Positions 27,633 through 37,248 of a DNA stretch of 60,641 nucleotides are shown here, piece by piece; the stretch's first letter is position 1, and each line of letters begins with the position of its first letter. The translations under genes were made by a program, and so were the position numbers. This stretch comes from a virus (lineage: Duplodnaviria > Caudoviricetes): positions 1 through 60,641 of the IMG/VR virus record IMGVR_UViG_3300018080_001657; one strand, given 5' to 3'. The notes below the pieces were generated by a model. That model ran no database searches. It was given only the letters and a program-made list of their open reading frames with translations, and was not told the origin of the DNA.

Positions 27633-27864
27633 CATTCCTGAGGGACAATGGGTTGATTTCATTAATATTCTGTATGCATCTATAGAGCATATCGCACATA
27701 CAGAAAATAACCGTGGAATCATGATGACCTTACGCCAAATCGTAGGCGATTCGTTCCACAAAGGAGAAGTCCTTGTAGTAGATGGAAAGATTGTGCCCAG
27801 GGACTATTTTAAAAATGACAAAAGAACTTCTATTCTCAGTAACAAAGAAAGATCTAGTACTTGA
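27613..27864 (+). CDS. hypothetical protein
   Basis: GTG start with GAGG RBS. Confidence 0.5.
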   Translation: MTDKIVNIPEGQWVDFINILYASIEHIAHTENNRGIMMTLRQIVGDSFHKGEVLVVDGKIVPRDYFKNDKRTSILSNKERSST

Positions 27865-28168
27865 ATACTTTAGTGGTTCAGGTGCTGGCGGACAACATAG
27901 AAACAAATGCCAAAACAGTTGTAGATGTAAGCACCCACCAAGTGGAGCAGTAGGCTCTTGCCAAGAACATAGAAGCAAAATTCAAAATACAAAGATTGCT
28001 TTTCGTAGAATGGTACAGTCAAAAGAATTTCAAGAGTGGATAAGAATAGAGTCAGCCAGAGCGACAGGACAGCTGACACTAACCAAAGACGAAGTAGATC
28101 GTGGAATAACAAAAAACATTAAGGTTGAAGTTAAGAAAAACGGTCGCTGGGTAGAGGAAAGGCAATAA
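27815..28168 (+). CDS. RF-1 domain GGQ peptidyl-tRNA hydrolase (ArfB/PrfH-like)
   Basis: SGSGAGGQHRNK, H.PSG, CQEHRS..QN..IAF. Confidence 0.88.
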   Translation: MTKELLFSVTKKDLVLEYFSGSGAGGQHRNKCQNSCRCKHPPSGAVGSCQEHRSKIQNTKIAFRRMVQSKEFQEWIRIESARATGQLTLTKDEVDRGITKNIKVEVKKNGRWVEERQ

Positions 28169-28172
28169 TATA

Positions 28173-29117
28173 ATGACAGATACACAAGAGTTCTCAGTTG
28201 TAGCAGCTGAGGACGCATATGTAGTTAAGCCTAAAGGGCTTTATAGGCATAGACCAGGGCTACATCCAACAGAAGCATCAGTTGAATTTACAGAAGACAA
28301 CAGAAAGCTTGTTGTCGGCAAGTGTATGCGAGCTGCATGGTATAGAAGCATGGAAGTACGCAAGACAGAAAGTGCATCGGCAGGACTAATGCAGAAGGCA
28401 CATCTTGGCAAGTGGGACGAACAAGGCATCGTAGACAGATGGAAAGAAATGAGTATTTGGTATGACAATAACATTAAGTTCTATCAAAAGAGCCATTTCT
28501 TATCAGGAGAAATTGATGCAGTATTAAAGAACCCTAATACTGGTGGGCTTATTGGTATGGAAGTTAAATCTTTCTACGGATATTATGCCAACAAAATGGT
28601 TACTGGTGCCAAGAGAGAACAAACTCCTGGAGTTCCTAAAGAACCACAGTTCTTGCAGGCAATCATTTATGCTTGGGAGTACAGAGACATACTAGAAGAG
28701 TTTAGACTATATTACATTGAGCGTGGAGATGGACATAGAGTAGAGTTCCGTGTAGGTTTTGACGAAAGACCTGACGGCAAACACCAGGCATGGTGGCAAC
28801 AAATAGATGGCAAATACTGGAACTATTTTGTCCCAGATAAAGTATTTCAACCATATACCATTGAGGACATCTATGACAGGTATACTCTTTTGTTACAAAA
28901 GCTTAAAAATAAAGAACTTCCTGGTAAAGATTTCTCTGGTAAGTGGGACGACGAAACTGTAGAGTGGATGTGGACACATGGCAGACTCGGCAAAACAAAG
29001 TACCAGGCCTGGACAAAGAACTCATCAAAGAATCCTGTTGGCGACTGGCAATGTTCATATTGTGACTACAAGGCTCAATGTATGCAAGACGAACTAACAG
29101 CAGCTGCAACAGACTAG
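28173..29117 (+). CDS. Cas4-like PD-(D/E)XK exonuclease
   Basis: CMRAAWY, GEIDA, EVKS, QxxxY, C-terminal CSYCDYKAQC. Confidence 0.8.
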   Translation: MTDTQEFSVVAAEDAYVVKPKGLYRHRPGLHPTEASVEFTEDNRKLVVGKCMRAAWYRSMEVRKTESASAGLMQKAHLGKWDEQGIVDRWKEMSIWYDNNIKFYQKSHFLSGEIDAVLKNPNTGGLIGMEVKSFYGYYANKMVTGAKREQTPGVPKEPQFLQAIIYAWEYRDILEEFRLYYIERGDGHRVEFRVGFDERPDGKHQAWWQQIDGKYWNYFVPDKVFQPYTIEDIYDRYTLLLQKLKNKELPGKDFSGKWDDETVEWMWTHGRLGKTKYQAWTKNSSKNPVGDWQCSYCDYKAQCMQDELTAAATD

Positions 29118-29127
29118 AGAGGCTAAT

Positions 29128-29715
29128 ATGAAAATTGGAGTAGACATGGATGGAGTTTTGGCAAACTTCACAAGTGCAGCATTACGTAATGTAAAGAAGA
29201 AATGGAATATTGATATTACATATGAAGAGATGCTAGAGCCTAGGCTTAGCGAAATGATATTAAATCATTTGCCGGAGTCAAAAATGTCTGGCAGAGATAT
29301 CTATAAGCATATTGCACCTAAAGGTTTCTTCGAAGATTTAGATCCATATCCTGGTGCAATTGATGCACTTAAAGAACTTAGCAAAATACATGAAGTAACT
29401 ATTGTCACAAAACCTCTTGAATGGGAAAACTGTCCAGGAGAAAAATACTCTTGGTTAAAGAAACATCTTGGATACCACCCTAAAATCGTGCTGGTTAGTT
29501 CTATGGAAATCAAAGGAATGATTGATGTTGATGTTATGATTGATGACGACCCAAGAGTTATTAAAAATCTTTCGACAGCTATGCCTATTGTTGTGCAGCA
29601 CCCATGGAACAGAGAGTTCTTAAAATTTGAAGCAGTTCACTCGGTAGGTAATTTTAGCCAAGTACCTGCTCTTCTTAGCAGGGTAGCGCCCTTACTATTT
29701 AACCCAACCTATTAG
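29128..29715 (+). CDS. 5'(3')-deoxyribonucleotidase (HAD, NT5C-like)
   Basis: VDMDGVLANF, EKYSWL, MIDDDP, PWN. Confidence 0.88.
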   Translation: MKIGVDMDGVLANFTSAALRNVKKKWNIDITYEEMLEPRLSEMILNHLPESKMSGRDIYKHIAPKGFFEDLDPYPGAIDALKELSKIHEVTIVTKPLEWENCPGEKYSWLKKHLGYHPKIVLVSSMEIKGMIDVDVMIDDDPRVIKNLSTAMPIVVQHPWNREFLKFEAVHSVGNFSQVPALLSRVAPLLFNPTY

Positions 29716-29726
29716 GAGAATATAAT

Positions 29727-32177
29727 ATGAAACCAAGACTAATCAATCTTGAAGAAACTACAAGAGTAATCAGACCGTACTTAGAACAGTATCTACAAGA
29801 ACATGGGATTGATCCGTCAAAAAACTTTAGCTGTCTTAACCCAAAACATACAGATTCTTCTCCGTCTATGACGTGCAAACAAGTACCTGAGAGAGCATTC
29901 TGTTTTGGTTGTGGTTATACAGCTGACATCTTTGCCGCTGCAAGCTGTATTGAAGGAAAACCTAGTACTGGCATTGGATATATAGAAGACAATGTATTAT
30001 ATTTAGCAGAGAAATATGGCATTCAGGTCAAACTAAGTGACCTTACGCCAGAAGAACTTTATGAATACCGTACATATCAGGCATATAAAATGGCTGCTGA
30101 ACTAGTAGCTGACCCAAACTTTGGAGACTACTCGGTAGTTGACAAAGAAATTGACAGAAGAGGGTGGGACAAAAACAAAATAGCTGAGTGGGGCATTGGT
30201 ACAATTGATTTTAATGAGTTTAGAGAGAAACTAAAAGCTGCGGGCTATGAACCTAAGTTTCTTGGCGGAATAGACCTAGACAGATCAAATCTATTCAATT
30301 CAAACAACTTGTTGTTTACTGTATATGATGACCAGGGACGACCAGTAGGGTTTTCTGCTAAAAATCTTAAATACAATGGAGATGGTCATAGTGGACCTAA
30401 GTACATCAACACAAGAGGTACTGGCCTGGAGTGTGCAATCTTTAAGAAGGGCGAAAGACTCTATGGATATGAGATTGCCAAAGAAGCTCCAGACCCATTA
30501 TATATCTTTGAAGGCCAGGCAGATGTAATCACTGCCAGGCATCATGGCCTTATGAACTGTTGCTGTGGCATGGGTACAGCACTAACAGACCATCATATTA
30601 CACTGTTAAAGAAACATGGCTCTTTCAATATAGTTTTGGTATATGACTCTGATAAAGCAGGAGAGCTAGCGGCACAAAAAGCCTTAGATGAAAAATTTGG
30701 CAAAGAGAAAGACTTTAGGGTTAAGTTGTGTCAGCTGCCAGCTGGACAAGACCCAGATGAATTGATCAGAACACATGGATTCGATGAATTCGTAAGGCTT
30801 AAAAGATGGACTGCCTTCGAGTGGCGAATGATGAAGTTCGTAGAAGACTTTGGTGGCGATCTAGATGACGACCAGAGAAGAGAAGTAGCCGAGAAAATGA
30901 TTCCAATCATTGTTGCTGAGATGAGCCATATTCGACAAGAAGAAATGGCTAAACAAGTAGCAAAGATGACTGGCTATGACCTTACCACTATTGTGTCAGA
31001 AGTCAGAAGACAAAAGAACGAGAAAGATGCAGAGGTTCAAACCAAGAAGAAGAATCTTATTGAAGCACTGCTTACAGATGTAAAGAAGAATCCAAATGAT
31101 GCAGAGTTAGCACTGGCCCAGTGTCAAAATGCTATTAGTGACATCAATAAGTCTTTGCAGGTAGAGAACGAAGAGTCTTCTACTGTCTCTGCTATTGCTT
31201 CACTGAAAGAAGCAGATGAAATGAAGACAGGAGAATTTGCAGGCTTCTTCTTAAAGGCAGATGGACTTGGTGGTATTGGCGCTAGAATGGATGATGACTG
31301 GAAACGTGACAATCTTATGTTTGTTGGAGGCTCAGAGCAAGCTGGCAAGACTACTTTCTGTGCACAGTTGGCATATGAAATTGCTGACGATAAGAAGAAT
31401 GACGCTATTTGTATCTACCATTCTATTGATGATGCTAAAAAGTCTATCATTTACAAGTGGATATGCAACGCTTCTGAAGATAAAAGACTGACACTTAACA
31501 TGGTTAGCAATCCTAACTACTGGGCCTTACAGCCAGGCTGTGAATTCGTGCATGAGGCCAGAGAGAAGGCCTATCGCAAGGTCTTAAAGATGGTAAAGAA
31601 CGGTCAGCTAGTTGTAAAAGACTCAAGTGACGGATCTTCTGTTTCTTATGCCGAGAATGTAGTTAGGTATTACAGAGAACTGTATCCTGAAAAGAATATT
31701 GTGTTGTTTATTGATAACTTTCATAAGTTACCGGATTATTCTGAAATTCAAGGACACGAAAGAGTAAAAAGACTATCAAATCATTTGAAAAATATGGCCG
31801 TAGCACATAATATTACTATTATTTGTACTGTCGAGTACAGAAAGCTACAAGCAGGAGAGAAACCAACAAATCTAGCCATTGCAGAGTCACGTTCTTTGGC
31901 CTACGATTCTACTGTTATTGTTCACTTGCATAATGACATGCATCACAAGGGAGAACAGGAGTCTGTGCTCGTGCATCAAGATGAGGACGGTAAATTACTG
32001 CCAAGAATCTGGTGTAAGTTCGGTAAGAACAAAGTGTCTGGCTATGAAGGCAGAGAGTTCTTAGACCTGCATCCAGCTGGTGCCAGAATGTCTTCAGTAC
32101 AGATAGAGATTGCCGAACAAGAACAAAGAGACAGGCTAGCATATCTAAAAGAGAATCATGCAACAGAACAATATTAA
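29727..32177 (+). CDS. DnaG primase fused to DnaB-like helicase
   Basis: C..H...CxxC Zn finger, PKYINT, FEGQAD, GTALT, YDSD.AG, DPDE; GSEQAGKTT, FIDNFH, KNK. Confidence 0.9.
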   Translation: MKPRLINLEETTRVIRPYLEQYLQEHGIDPSKNFSCLNPKHTDSSPSMTCKQVPERAFCFGCGYTADIFAAASCIEGKPSTGIGYIEDNVLYLAEKYGIQVKLSDLTPEELYEYRTYQAYKMAAELVADPNFGDYSVVDKEIDRRGWDKNKIAEWGIGTIDFNEFREKLKAAGYEPKFLGGIDLDRSNLFNSNNLLFTVYDDQGRPVGFSAKNLKYNGDGHSGPKYINTRGTGLECAIFKKGERLYGYEIAKEAPDPLYIFEGQADVITARHHGLMNCCCGMGTALTDHHITLLKKHGSFNIVLVYDSDKAGELAAQKALDEKFGKEKDFRVKLCQLPAGQDPDELIRTHGFDEFVRLKRWTAFEWRMMKFVEDFGGDLDDDQRREVAEKMIPIIVAEMSHIRQEEMAKQVAKMTGYDLTTIVSEVRRQKNEKDAEVQTKKKNLIEALLTDVKKNPNDAELALAQCQNAISDINKSLQVENEESSTVSAIASLKEADEMKTGEFAGFFLKADGLGGIGARMDDDWKRDNLMFVGGSEQAGKTTFCAQLAYEIADDKKNDAICIYHSIDDAKKSIIYKWICNASEDKRLTLNMVSNPNYWALQPGCEFVHEAREKAYRKVLKMVKNGQLVVKDSSDGSSVSYAENVVRYYRELYPEKNIVLFIDNFHKLPDYSEIQGHERVKRLSNHLKNMAVAHNITIICTVEYRKLQAGEKPTNLAIAESRSLAYDSTVIVHLHNDMHHKGEQESVLVHQDEDGKLLPRIWCKFGKNKVSGYEGREFLDLHPAGARMSSVQIEIAEQEQRDRLAYLKENHATEQY

Positions 32178-32186
32178 GAGGTGTTA

Positions 32187-32342
32187 ATGAAACAAATTAT
32201 AAAAACAAGTGGACTGCTAACAGGCATTACTGTTATTAATAACTTAGATGCTGCTATGGAGTTCACGTCTGAAAAGGTGAAAGATATAGCCGACATCTTA
32301 GAACAAATTGATAACAATCTGGAGGTTGAAAAGAATGACTAA
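32187..32342 (+). CDS. small hypothetical protein
   Basis: GAGGT RBS, 51 aa, fills gap. Confidence 0.5.
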   Translation: MKQIIKTSGLLTGITVINNLDAAMEFTSEKVKDIADILEQIDNNLEVEKND

Positions 32343-32505
32343 AAGCTACGTATGTGGTGCATGTGGACAAGAAGTAAACAAATATAAAGATCAGTGCCCT
32401 TACTGTAAGGCATCTGGTGATAATCTTGTGGCAAATCCTTGGGGTATGGGAGACTTTGAAGACTACGATGACCTAGATGGCTACGGATACGACGACACAG
32501 AGTAA
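32335..32505 (+). CDS. rubredoxin-like small Zn protein
   Basis: YVCGACG...CPYC; GGAGG RBS. Confidence 0.6.
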   Translation: MTKSYVCGACGQEVNKYKDQCPYCKASGDNLVANPWGMGDFEDYDDLDGYGYDDTE

Positions 32506-33257
32506 TGATTTTTACTCCAACAGACATAGCATGTTTCTTGTACTGTCCTATGCTCCCTAAGGGGTCAGAATACCTTGTGTATGAGAAAAGTACTGTGTTT
32601 GAGTCATGTGTGGGCAATGCCATTGTGGAAGCAGAACGTGGTTGTTTGCTAAATGATAGCGAAATCAACCCAAGAATGATAAACAAGGCATGGGACAATA
32701 CCTGGTGGCCTGTCTGTGCAACTCATAAGATTCCATTTAAAAAAGCTCAAGACAAAACAGTCAAAGCAGGACCTTACTTCTTGGACTATTGCAAATATGA
32801 CATCTCAGATTTCTTACATCCAACTGTAGCTGTAGATATAGACGTACAAGTCCCTGTAGGACAAAGTGTCCTTCATGCTCACGTTGATTTGATGAAAGTA
32901 GACCTTACTGTATCAAACAAGAACATGATGTTAATAGACTTTAGCAAGAAGGGAATGAAAACTTTTGATGCTGGACTAGATCCAGGAATCGCTGCAACTG
33001 CCATGGCATTTCATAGAGGTGTCAAAGAGACAATACAATATGTTTTAGTTGAAGTTGACGAAAATACAGAGAAACTGTTCGTAACTTCTGCTGTTTTTAG
33101 ACCATCTGACATAGAGAATATAAAGAAAATGATATCTTATGTTGAGAATAGTATGCGCAATGGAGTATCTTATGGTAATAGATGGAAATGTAAGGAGTGT
33201 AAAGCGTGTCCAAGTTTCAAATACTTAATGAAAGAAGATTCCCTCTTAAGACAATAG
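32505..33257 (+). CDS. PD-(D/E)XK/Cas4-AddB-like protein, probably inactive
   Basis: FLYCP, HAHVDL, LIDFS (no Lys), C-terminal CKECKAC. Confidence 0.55.
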   Translation: MIFTPTDIACFLYCPMLPKGSEYLVYEKSTVFESCVGNAIVEAERGCLLNDSEINPRMINKAWDNTWWPVCATHKIPFKKAQDKTVKAGPYFLDYCKYDISDFLHPTVAVDIDVQVPVGQSVLHAHVDLMKVDLTVSNKNMMLIDFSKKGMKTFDAGLDPGIAATAMAFHRGVKETIQYVLVEVDENTEKLFVTSAVFRPSDIENIKKMISYVENSMRNGVSYGNRWKCKECKACPSFKYLMKEDSLLRQ

Positions 33258-33553
33258 ATTCTGCTGATACAGCGCATATGCCGTCTACGTGGAATGTTAA
33301 AGATAAAAATAAAGACTTGTTGCCCTTCTGGAGATGGGAACATAGAGTTACTTTGGGCTGGAATGCACGAGAATTTATGGTATTTATTGACCAAGTGCGT
33401 CAGAGTATACACATAGAAGAAATTACTGGTGGCCATCTAGAGACAGTAGCAGATGATAATTTGTTTGAGAGCTTACTTAATTTTGCACAAACAAAAGGAT
33501 TCTGTGAAATCATTGCCCCAATGATGAAGCCTACTAAGGAAAGGTTTATCTAA
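33206..33553 (+). CDS. hypothetical protein
   Basis: GTG start after AAGGAG. Confidence 0.6.
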   Translation: MSKFQILNERRFPLKTIDSADTAHMPSTWNVKDKNKDLLPFWRWEHRVTLGWNAREFMVFIDQVRQSIHIEEITGGHLETVADDNLFESLLNFAQTKGFCEIIAPMMKPTKERFI

Positions 33554-33843
33554 TGGATAAAATACCTGAAAAATTACCTACTAAGAATGTTAAGAAAACA
33601 GCCATTTCAACTTTGCAAGAGTCTTTAGAGCCTTACATTGGTGAAAAAATGACAGACGTGCAACTAAGAGCAATTGGGAACGCTATCAATAGTTTCTTTC
33701 TTAAATGCATAGAGCAAAAAATTCTTGATAAAGAGAAGTGGGACAAGGACAATACAATTATTGTTCAAGAAAAGAATGATAATGAAATTGATATTATTCT
33801 CCCTGATTGGATATATGAATGGATGGAGAATGAGGAAAACTAG
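33553..33843 (+). CDS. hypothetical protein
   Basis: TAATG-coupled ORF. Confidence 0.6.
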   Translation: MDKIPEKLPTKNVKKTAISTLQESLEPYIGEKMTDVQLRAIGNAINSFFLKCIEQKILDKEKWDKDNTIIVQEKNDNEIDIILPDWIYEWMENEEN

Positions 33844-34372
33844 AACACCAGTTCAGCTTGCCAAGAATGCCTCTAAGCTACATAAGCATATAGGAGAGCT
33901 TCTTGTATCAAATGATTCACCTTTTAAGCACTATGAAATCAGACAAGAATACCATGTATCTATGGTCAATCCAGATTATCACTCAAATAAAGAGAAATTT
34001 GATTGGGTTATTCTTAATTTGAATGTAGTAATAGAAGTGCACGGCGAACAACATTTTTGTCCTGTATGTTTTGGTGGCATAACTAAAGATGAAGCTAAGA
34101 GAAACTTTTTACGTAGACTCTACCTAGACATGCAAAAACAAGAAGCTGCTGAGAAGGCTCTGTGGGCCTATGTAGTGGTCAAACACGATGAGAAGAACTT
34201 TACCCTAGATAAGCTTGTAGCACGTATCAGATCGGCTCTGGAACGTGTTCCTGAAGGTGTCTATGAACAAAAGAAACCTAAGGCTAAGATACAAGGTCGG
34301 GGGTTTCAGAAATCAAATAGGAAATATCAATGGCCAACAAGGAAAATACAGAACAGAGGGTTCCAGAAATAA
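33830..34372 (+). CDS. DUF559/Vsr-like endonuclease
   Basis: QEY, FDW, VIEVHGEQHF, D.QK. Confidence 0.7.
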   Translation: MRKTRTPVQLAKNASKLHKHIGELLVSNDSPFKHYEIRQEYHVSMVNPDYHSNKEKFDWVILNLNVVIEVHGEQHFCPVCFGGITKDEAKRNFLRRLYLDMQKQEAAEKALWAYVVVKHDEKNFTLDKLVARIRSALERVPEGVYEQKKPKAKIQGRGFQKSNRKYQWPTRKIQNRGFQK

Positions 34373-34793
34373 CAGAATTGTTTTCCCTCGTGAAATGGCA
34401 CCTATTTATATGGCGGGTAGCCCAGATCCAAGAACATTTGCACGTGGCAAACGAACAATTGCAGGCTCTCTAATTGGAGTTGTCTTTGACAAAGAAAACC
34501 TAGAAGCTGTTCTTTCAAAAAGAAATTTTTATAATACTGAAGAACAGGATTTTGGACATATGCCTACAATTGATATTATTCTTATTGGTACAAATGAATA
34601 TGGAGCACAATCTTTTATGAAGATTCTTGGCTGTGAACTAATGAAAAGTGGTTATGGCGTGCCTATTAACGAAGTTATAACAGACAAAATTGAAACAATA
34701 ACTTATGTTGCTAATAAGATAGTTCCTTGGACAGTACCAGATATTGATATTGAAATCGTTAATCCATTTACTAAAAGAAAGAGTTTATTGTAA
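34245..34793 (+). CDS. tail-tube-like virion protein family member (start uncertain)
   Basis: REMAPIYMAGSPDPRTFARGKRTIAGSL, PTIDI, NEYGA, ITYVA recalled from large-phage virion proteins. Confidence 0.55.
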   Translation: MFLKVSMNKRNLRLRYKVGGFRNQIGNINGQQGKYRTEGSRNNRIVFPREMAPIYMAGSPDPRTFARGKRTIAGSLIGVVFDKENLEAVLSKRNFYNTEEQDFGHMPTIDIILIGTNEYGAQSFMKILGCELMKSGYGVPINEVITDKIETITYVANKIVPWTVPDIDIEIVNPFTKRKSLL

Positions 34794-34957
34794 TGGCTGA
34801 AGAAATAACAAAAGTAAGATGTGTAAATTGTGGAGCAAGGTGGGAATATGAAGGTCGTATCGATGATGACTTTGAGAAAAACATAGAATGTCCAGAGTGT
34901 GGTTTTGTATGTTCGGCATGGACATTTATCCCAGCTACTGGAGTTCTTGATGAATAA
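34793..34957 (+). CDS. small Zn-ribbon protein
   Basis: CVNCG...CPECG, 54 aa, TAATG coupling. Confidence 0.6.
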   Translation: MAEEITKVRCVNCGARWEYEGRIDDDFEKNIECPECGFVCSAWTFIPATGVLDE

Positions 34958-35246
34958 GATAAATGATAATTTTGAAAGATGTGGCTTAGCAATTAAGATA
35001 TATCCTCACTGGACATATGATATGGTTATTAACCATCTTGAAGTATGTAAGAAAGCTATAACTAGACACCTAATTTATAAGGGATATTGTGAGCCTGCTG
35101 AAAACAGAATTGAAGTACGATTTGAGCCAAGAGACGGATATACTAGGGTGAAAATAGTTTATGCCTATACTGAAGAAGATAGCATAAGTAACAATCCAGA
35201 CTATCAGGCTAAATTAGTTGAAGACATGGTAGAAATAGGAGAATAA
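34950..35246 (+). CDS. hypothetical protein
   Basis: ORF from ATG 34950 with GGAG RBS. Confidence 0.55.
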   Translation: MNKINDNFERCGLAIKIYPHWTYDMVINHLEVCKKAITRHLIYKGYCEPAENRIEVRFEPRDGYTRVKIVYAYTEEDSISNNPDYQAKLVEDMVEIGE

Positions 35247-35251
35247 TATTA

Positions 35252-35830
35252 ATGGTAAATCGAGCTGTTAAATGTAGTGTGTGTAAAAAAGGTATCTTCT
35301 ATCTGCCTGAAGGCTACAAGATGGATCTTAAGGTAACTTGTGTAGAGTGTCAGAAGGGCACCAAGAAGAAAAGAACCCGTCAAACAGCAGCAGCTAGCTA
35401 TTCTAAAATGAAGAAGGGTGTTAGGCCTGATATTCATCCTACATATAGCTTTAGGTCTGCAACCGAAGCAAATTTTGCACGAATCATGAACAAACTAGGT
35501 GTCTCTTGGAAGTACGAGGAGAGGGCCTTCAGCTTCCCTGGTTATAAAACTAAACCTCATGTATATATTATGGACTTCGAGATCACAGAGGGCTGTACAG
35601 AGCTTCCTGCTGGCTTCTATGAGATCAAAGGATACATGACGCCACAGAGTAGACAGAAACTCAGACGTCTTAAAAGATGTTATCCAGAAGAGTTCTCTAG
35701 AACAACTGTAGTCGTCTACAATAAATACAAGAAGAAAGACATAGAGCTTTGTGAGAAGCTAGGATACAAGACTATGCTATATGATGAATTGACTGCTAGA
35801 TTTTCAAAGGATATACCAACATGGGAATAG
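35252..35830 (+). CDS. PD-(D/E)XK endonuclease (T7 endo I/DUF1064-like) with Zn ribbon
   Basis: FRSATEA, WKYEE, YIMDF, YEIKGY. Confidence 0.75.
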   Translation: MVNRAVKCSVCKKGIFYLPEGYKMDLKVTCVECQKGTKKKRTRQTAAASYSKMKKGVRPDIHPTYSFRSATEANFARIMNKLGVSWKYEERAFSFPGYKTKPHVYIMDFEITEGCTELPAGFYEIKGYMTPQSRQKLRRLKRCYPEEFSRTTVVVYNKYKKKDIELCEKLGYKTMLYDELTARFSKDIPTWE

Positions 35831-36141
35831 ATCCTGATAAGAAAAGAATTGTTCAAGTTCTAAAAGATGATGAATGGGTCAACATCAAAATGAAAGACAT
35901 TAAAACTGGTAATGTTTTTAGGCTATATGACCCTGGCGGGCTTCCTGTTAAAGATGAACATGGCAATACTGAGTTTACTGCTCGTGCTGATGGAGAAGAA
36001 GTAGATGGAGTTGGTATTGTAGAAGCAGAAGATATGGACAAGCTGGAACCTAGAGGAGATTGTCTTAAGTGTCGAACCTACACAAAGAATCCAGAACATA
36101 ATTATTTCTATTGTTATATAAAAGGACATTGTCCTGTATGA
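35821..36141 (+). CDS. hypothetical protein
   Basis: 106-aa ORF with AAGGA RBS. Confidence 0.55.
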   Translation: MGIDPDKKRIVQVLKDDEWVNIKMKDIKTGNVFRLYDPGGLPVKDEHGNTEFTARADGEEVDGVGIVEAEDMDKLEPRGDCLKCRTYTKNPEHNYFYCYIKGHCPV

Positions 36142-36263
36142 ACGGACCCTAAAGAAACATGTGAACATGATTTTAAAGAACATTATTACTCAAGTTCAGA
36201 CATGCTAGGCTTACAGTGCACTAAGTGCGGCCTACAAGATAAGTATTCTTGGAGGAAGAAAGA

Positions 36264-36452
36264 ATGGAAAAAATAAATTGTCCAAATATTAAATGTAAAG
36301 GTCATCTAAAATGTATTGCTAACGAATCAACAACAATTGGATATTTTACTTATGATCAAAATGTTTGTACGGAAACATATAAATGTAATATATGTTTGTC
36401 AAAATTTGAAAGATCATGGAGGTGGCATAAGGAGGAATTAAATGATGATTGA
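36264..36452 (+). CDS. small Zn-binding protein
   Basis: GGAGG RBS; CxxxxC...CxxC. Confidence 0.5.
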   Translation: MEKINCPNIKCKGHLKCIANESTTIGYFTYDQNVCTETYKCNICLSKFERSWRWHKEELNDD

Positions 36453-36630
36453 GGGCGATAGAGACTTGAAGATAGATTTTCAAGAAGACTTTGATACTGG
36501 CATGCAACTAGTAAAGTTTACCAAGTATACATTTGATGGCAGAAGAAAAACTTTTATATTAGTCATAAAAGATAGTGATTTCTTTGAAGTCTCTGAAGGA
36601 GCAACTATTCCTAGGAGACATTTGGGATAG
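36442..36630 (+). CDS. hypothetical protein
   Basis: AAGGAGG RBS. Confidence 0.55.
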   Translation: MMIEGDRDLKIDFQEDFDTGMQLVKFTKYTFDGRRKTFILVIKDSDFFEVSEGATIPRRHLG

Positions 36631-36633
36631 ACC

Positions 36634-37248
36634 GTGTTAATTCCATCAGCTAAAGCACAACTACTAAGAGACTATCAGAGTGCACTGTTCTATCAGATAA
36701 CAGAACCAAAGAATGAGAGACAGTATGTATTCTATCTGCTTCTGAGGCCTCTTCTGTTGTGGGTTAGAGATACTATGATAGACGATTGCCTGTTAGAACC
36801 TGCCGAGGCAGAGAGCGAGCTGTACTTGCTCTGCTGTAAGATATTTGATGACTTCGACAAAGAGAAAAGCAGTATCATTCCTTATCTAAGGAAAGCTATT
36901 CCGTGGAAAGTACATCATCTACTAAGAAAGCTTAAGAGAGTGTCTCAGAGAGAAATACCTTCTGGACTAACAGAAACAACTGAAGATTTATATGAAACAG
37001 ATGAAGAATATTACTGGAAGATACCAGAAATGTTTATTACCGATAGATTTATAGGTAAACTCTTTACAATAAGAGAAAAATACTATATATATAAGATACT
37101 TGTAGCCGACAACGACAAGTTAACACAAAAAGACCTAGCCAAAAGCTGTAAAGTCAGCAGGCCAACTATGAATATAAGGCTCTCAGAACTAAAGGAAGCC
37201 TTAGTAACTGGAGGATATAATGGTACTACCCAAAGACGTAAAACCTGA
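36634..37248 (+). CDS. sigma70-family-like factor
   Basis: Region-2-like FDKEKSSIIPYL..AI...LLR; region-4-like FTIREK...LTQKDLAKSCKVSR HTH. Confidence 0.6.
   Translation: MLIPSAKAQLLRDYQSALFYQITEPKNERQYVFYLLLRPLLLWVRDTMIDDCLLEPAEAESELYLLCCKIFDDFDKEKSSIIPYLRKAIPWKVHHLLRKLKRVSQREIPSGLTETTEDLYETDEEYYWKIPEMFITDRFIGKLFTIREKYYIYKILVADNDKLTQKDLAKSCKVSRPTMNIRLSELKEALVTGGYNGTTQRRKT

Noticed and set aside
28173-29117. CRISPR-Cas locus
   Set aside because: Solo Cas4-like nuclease in a replication context
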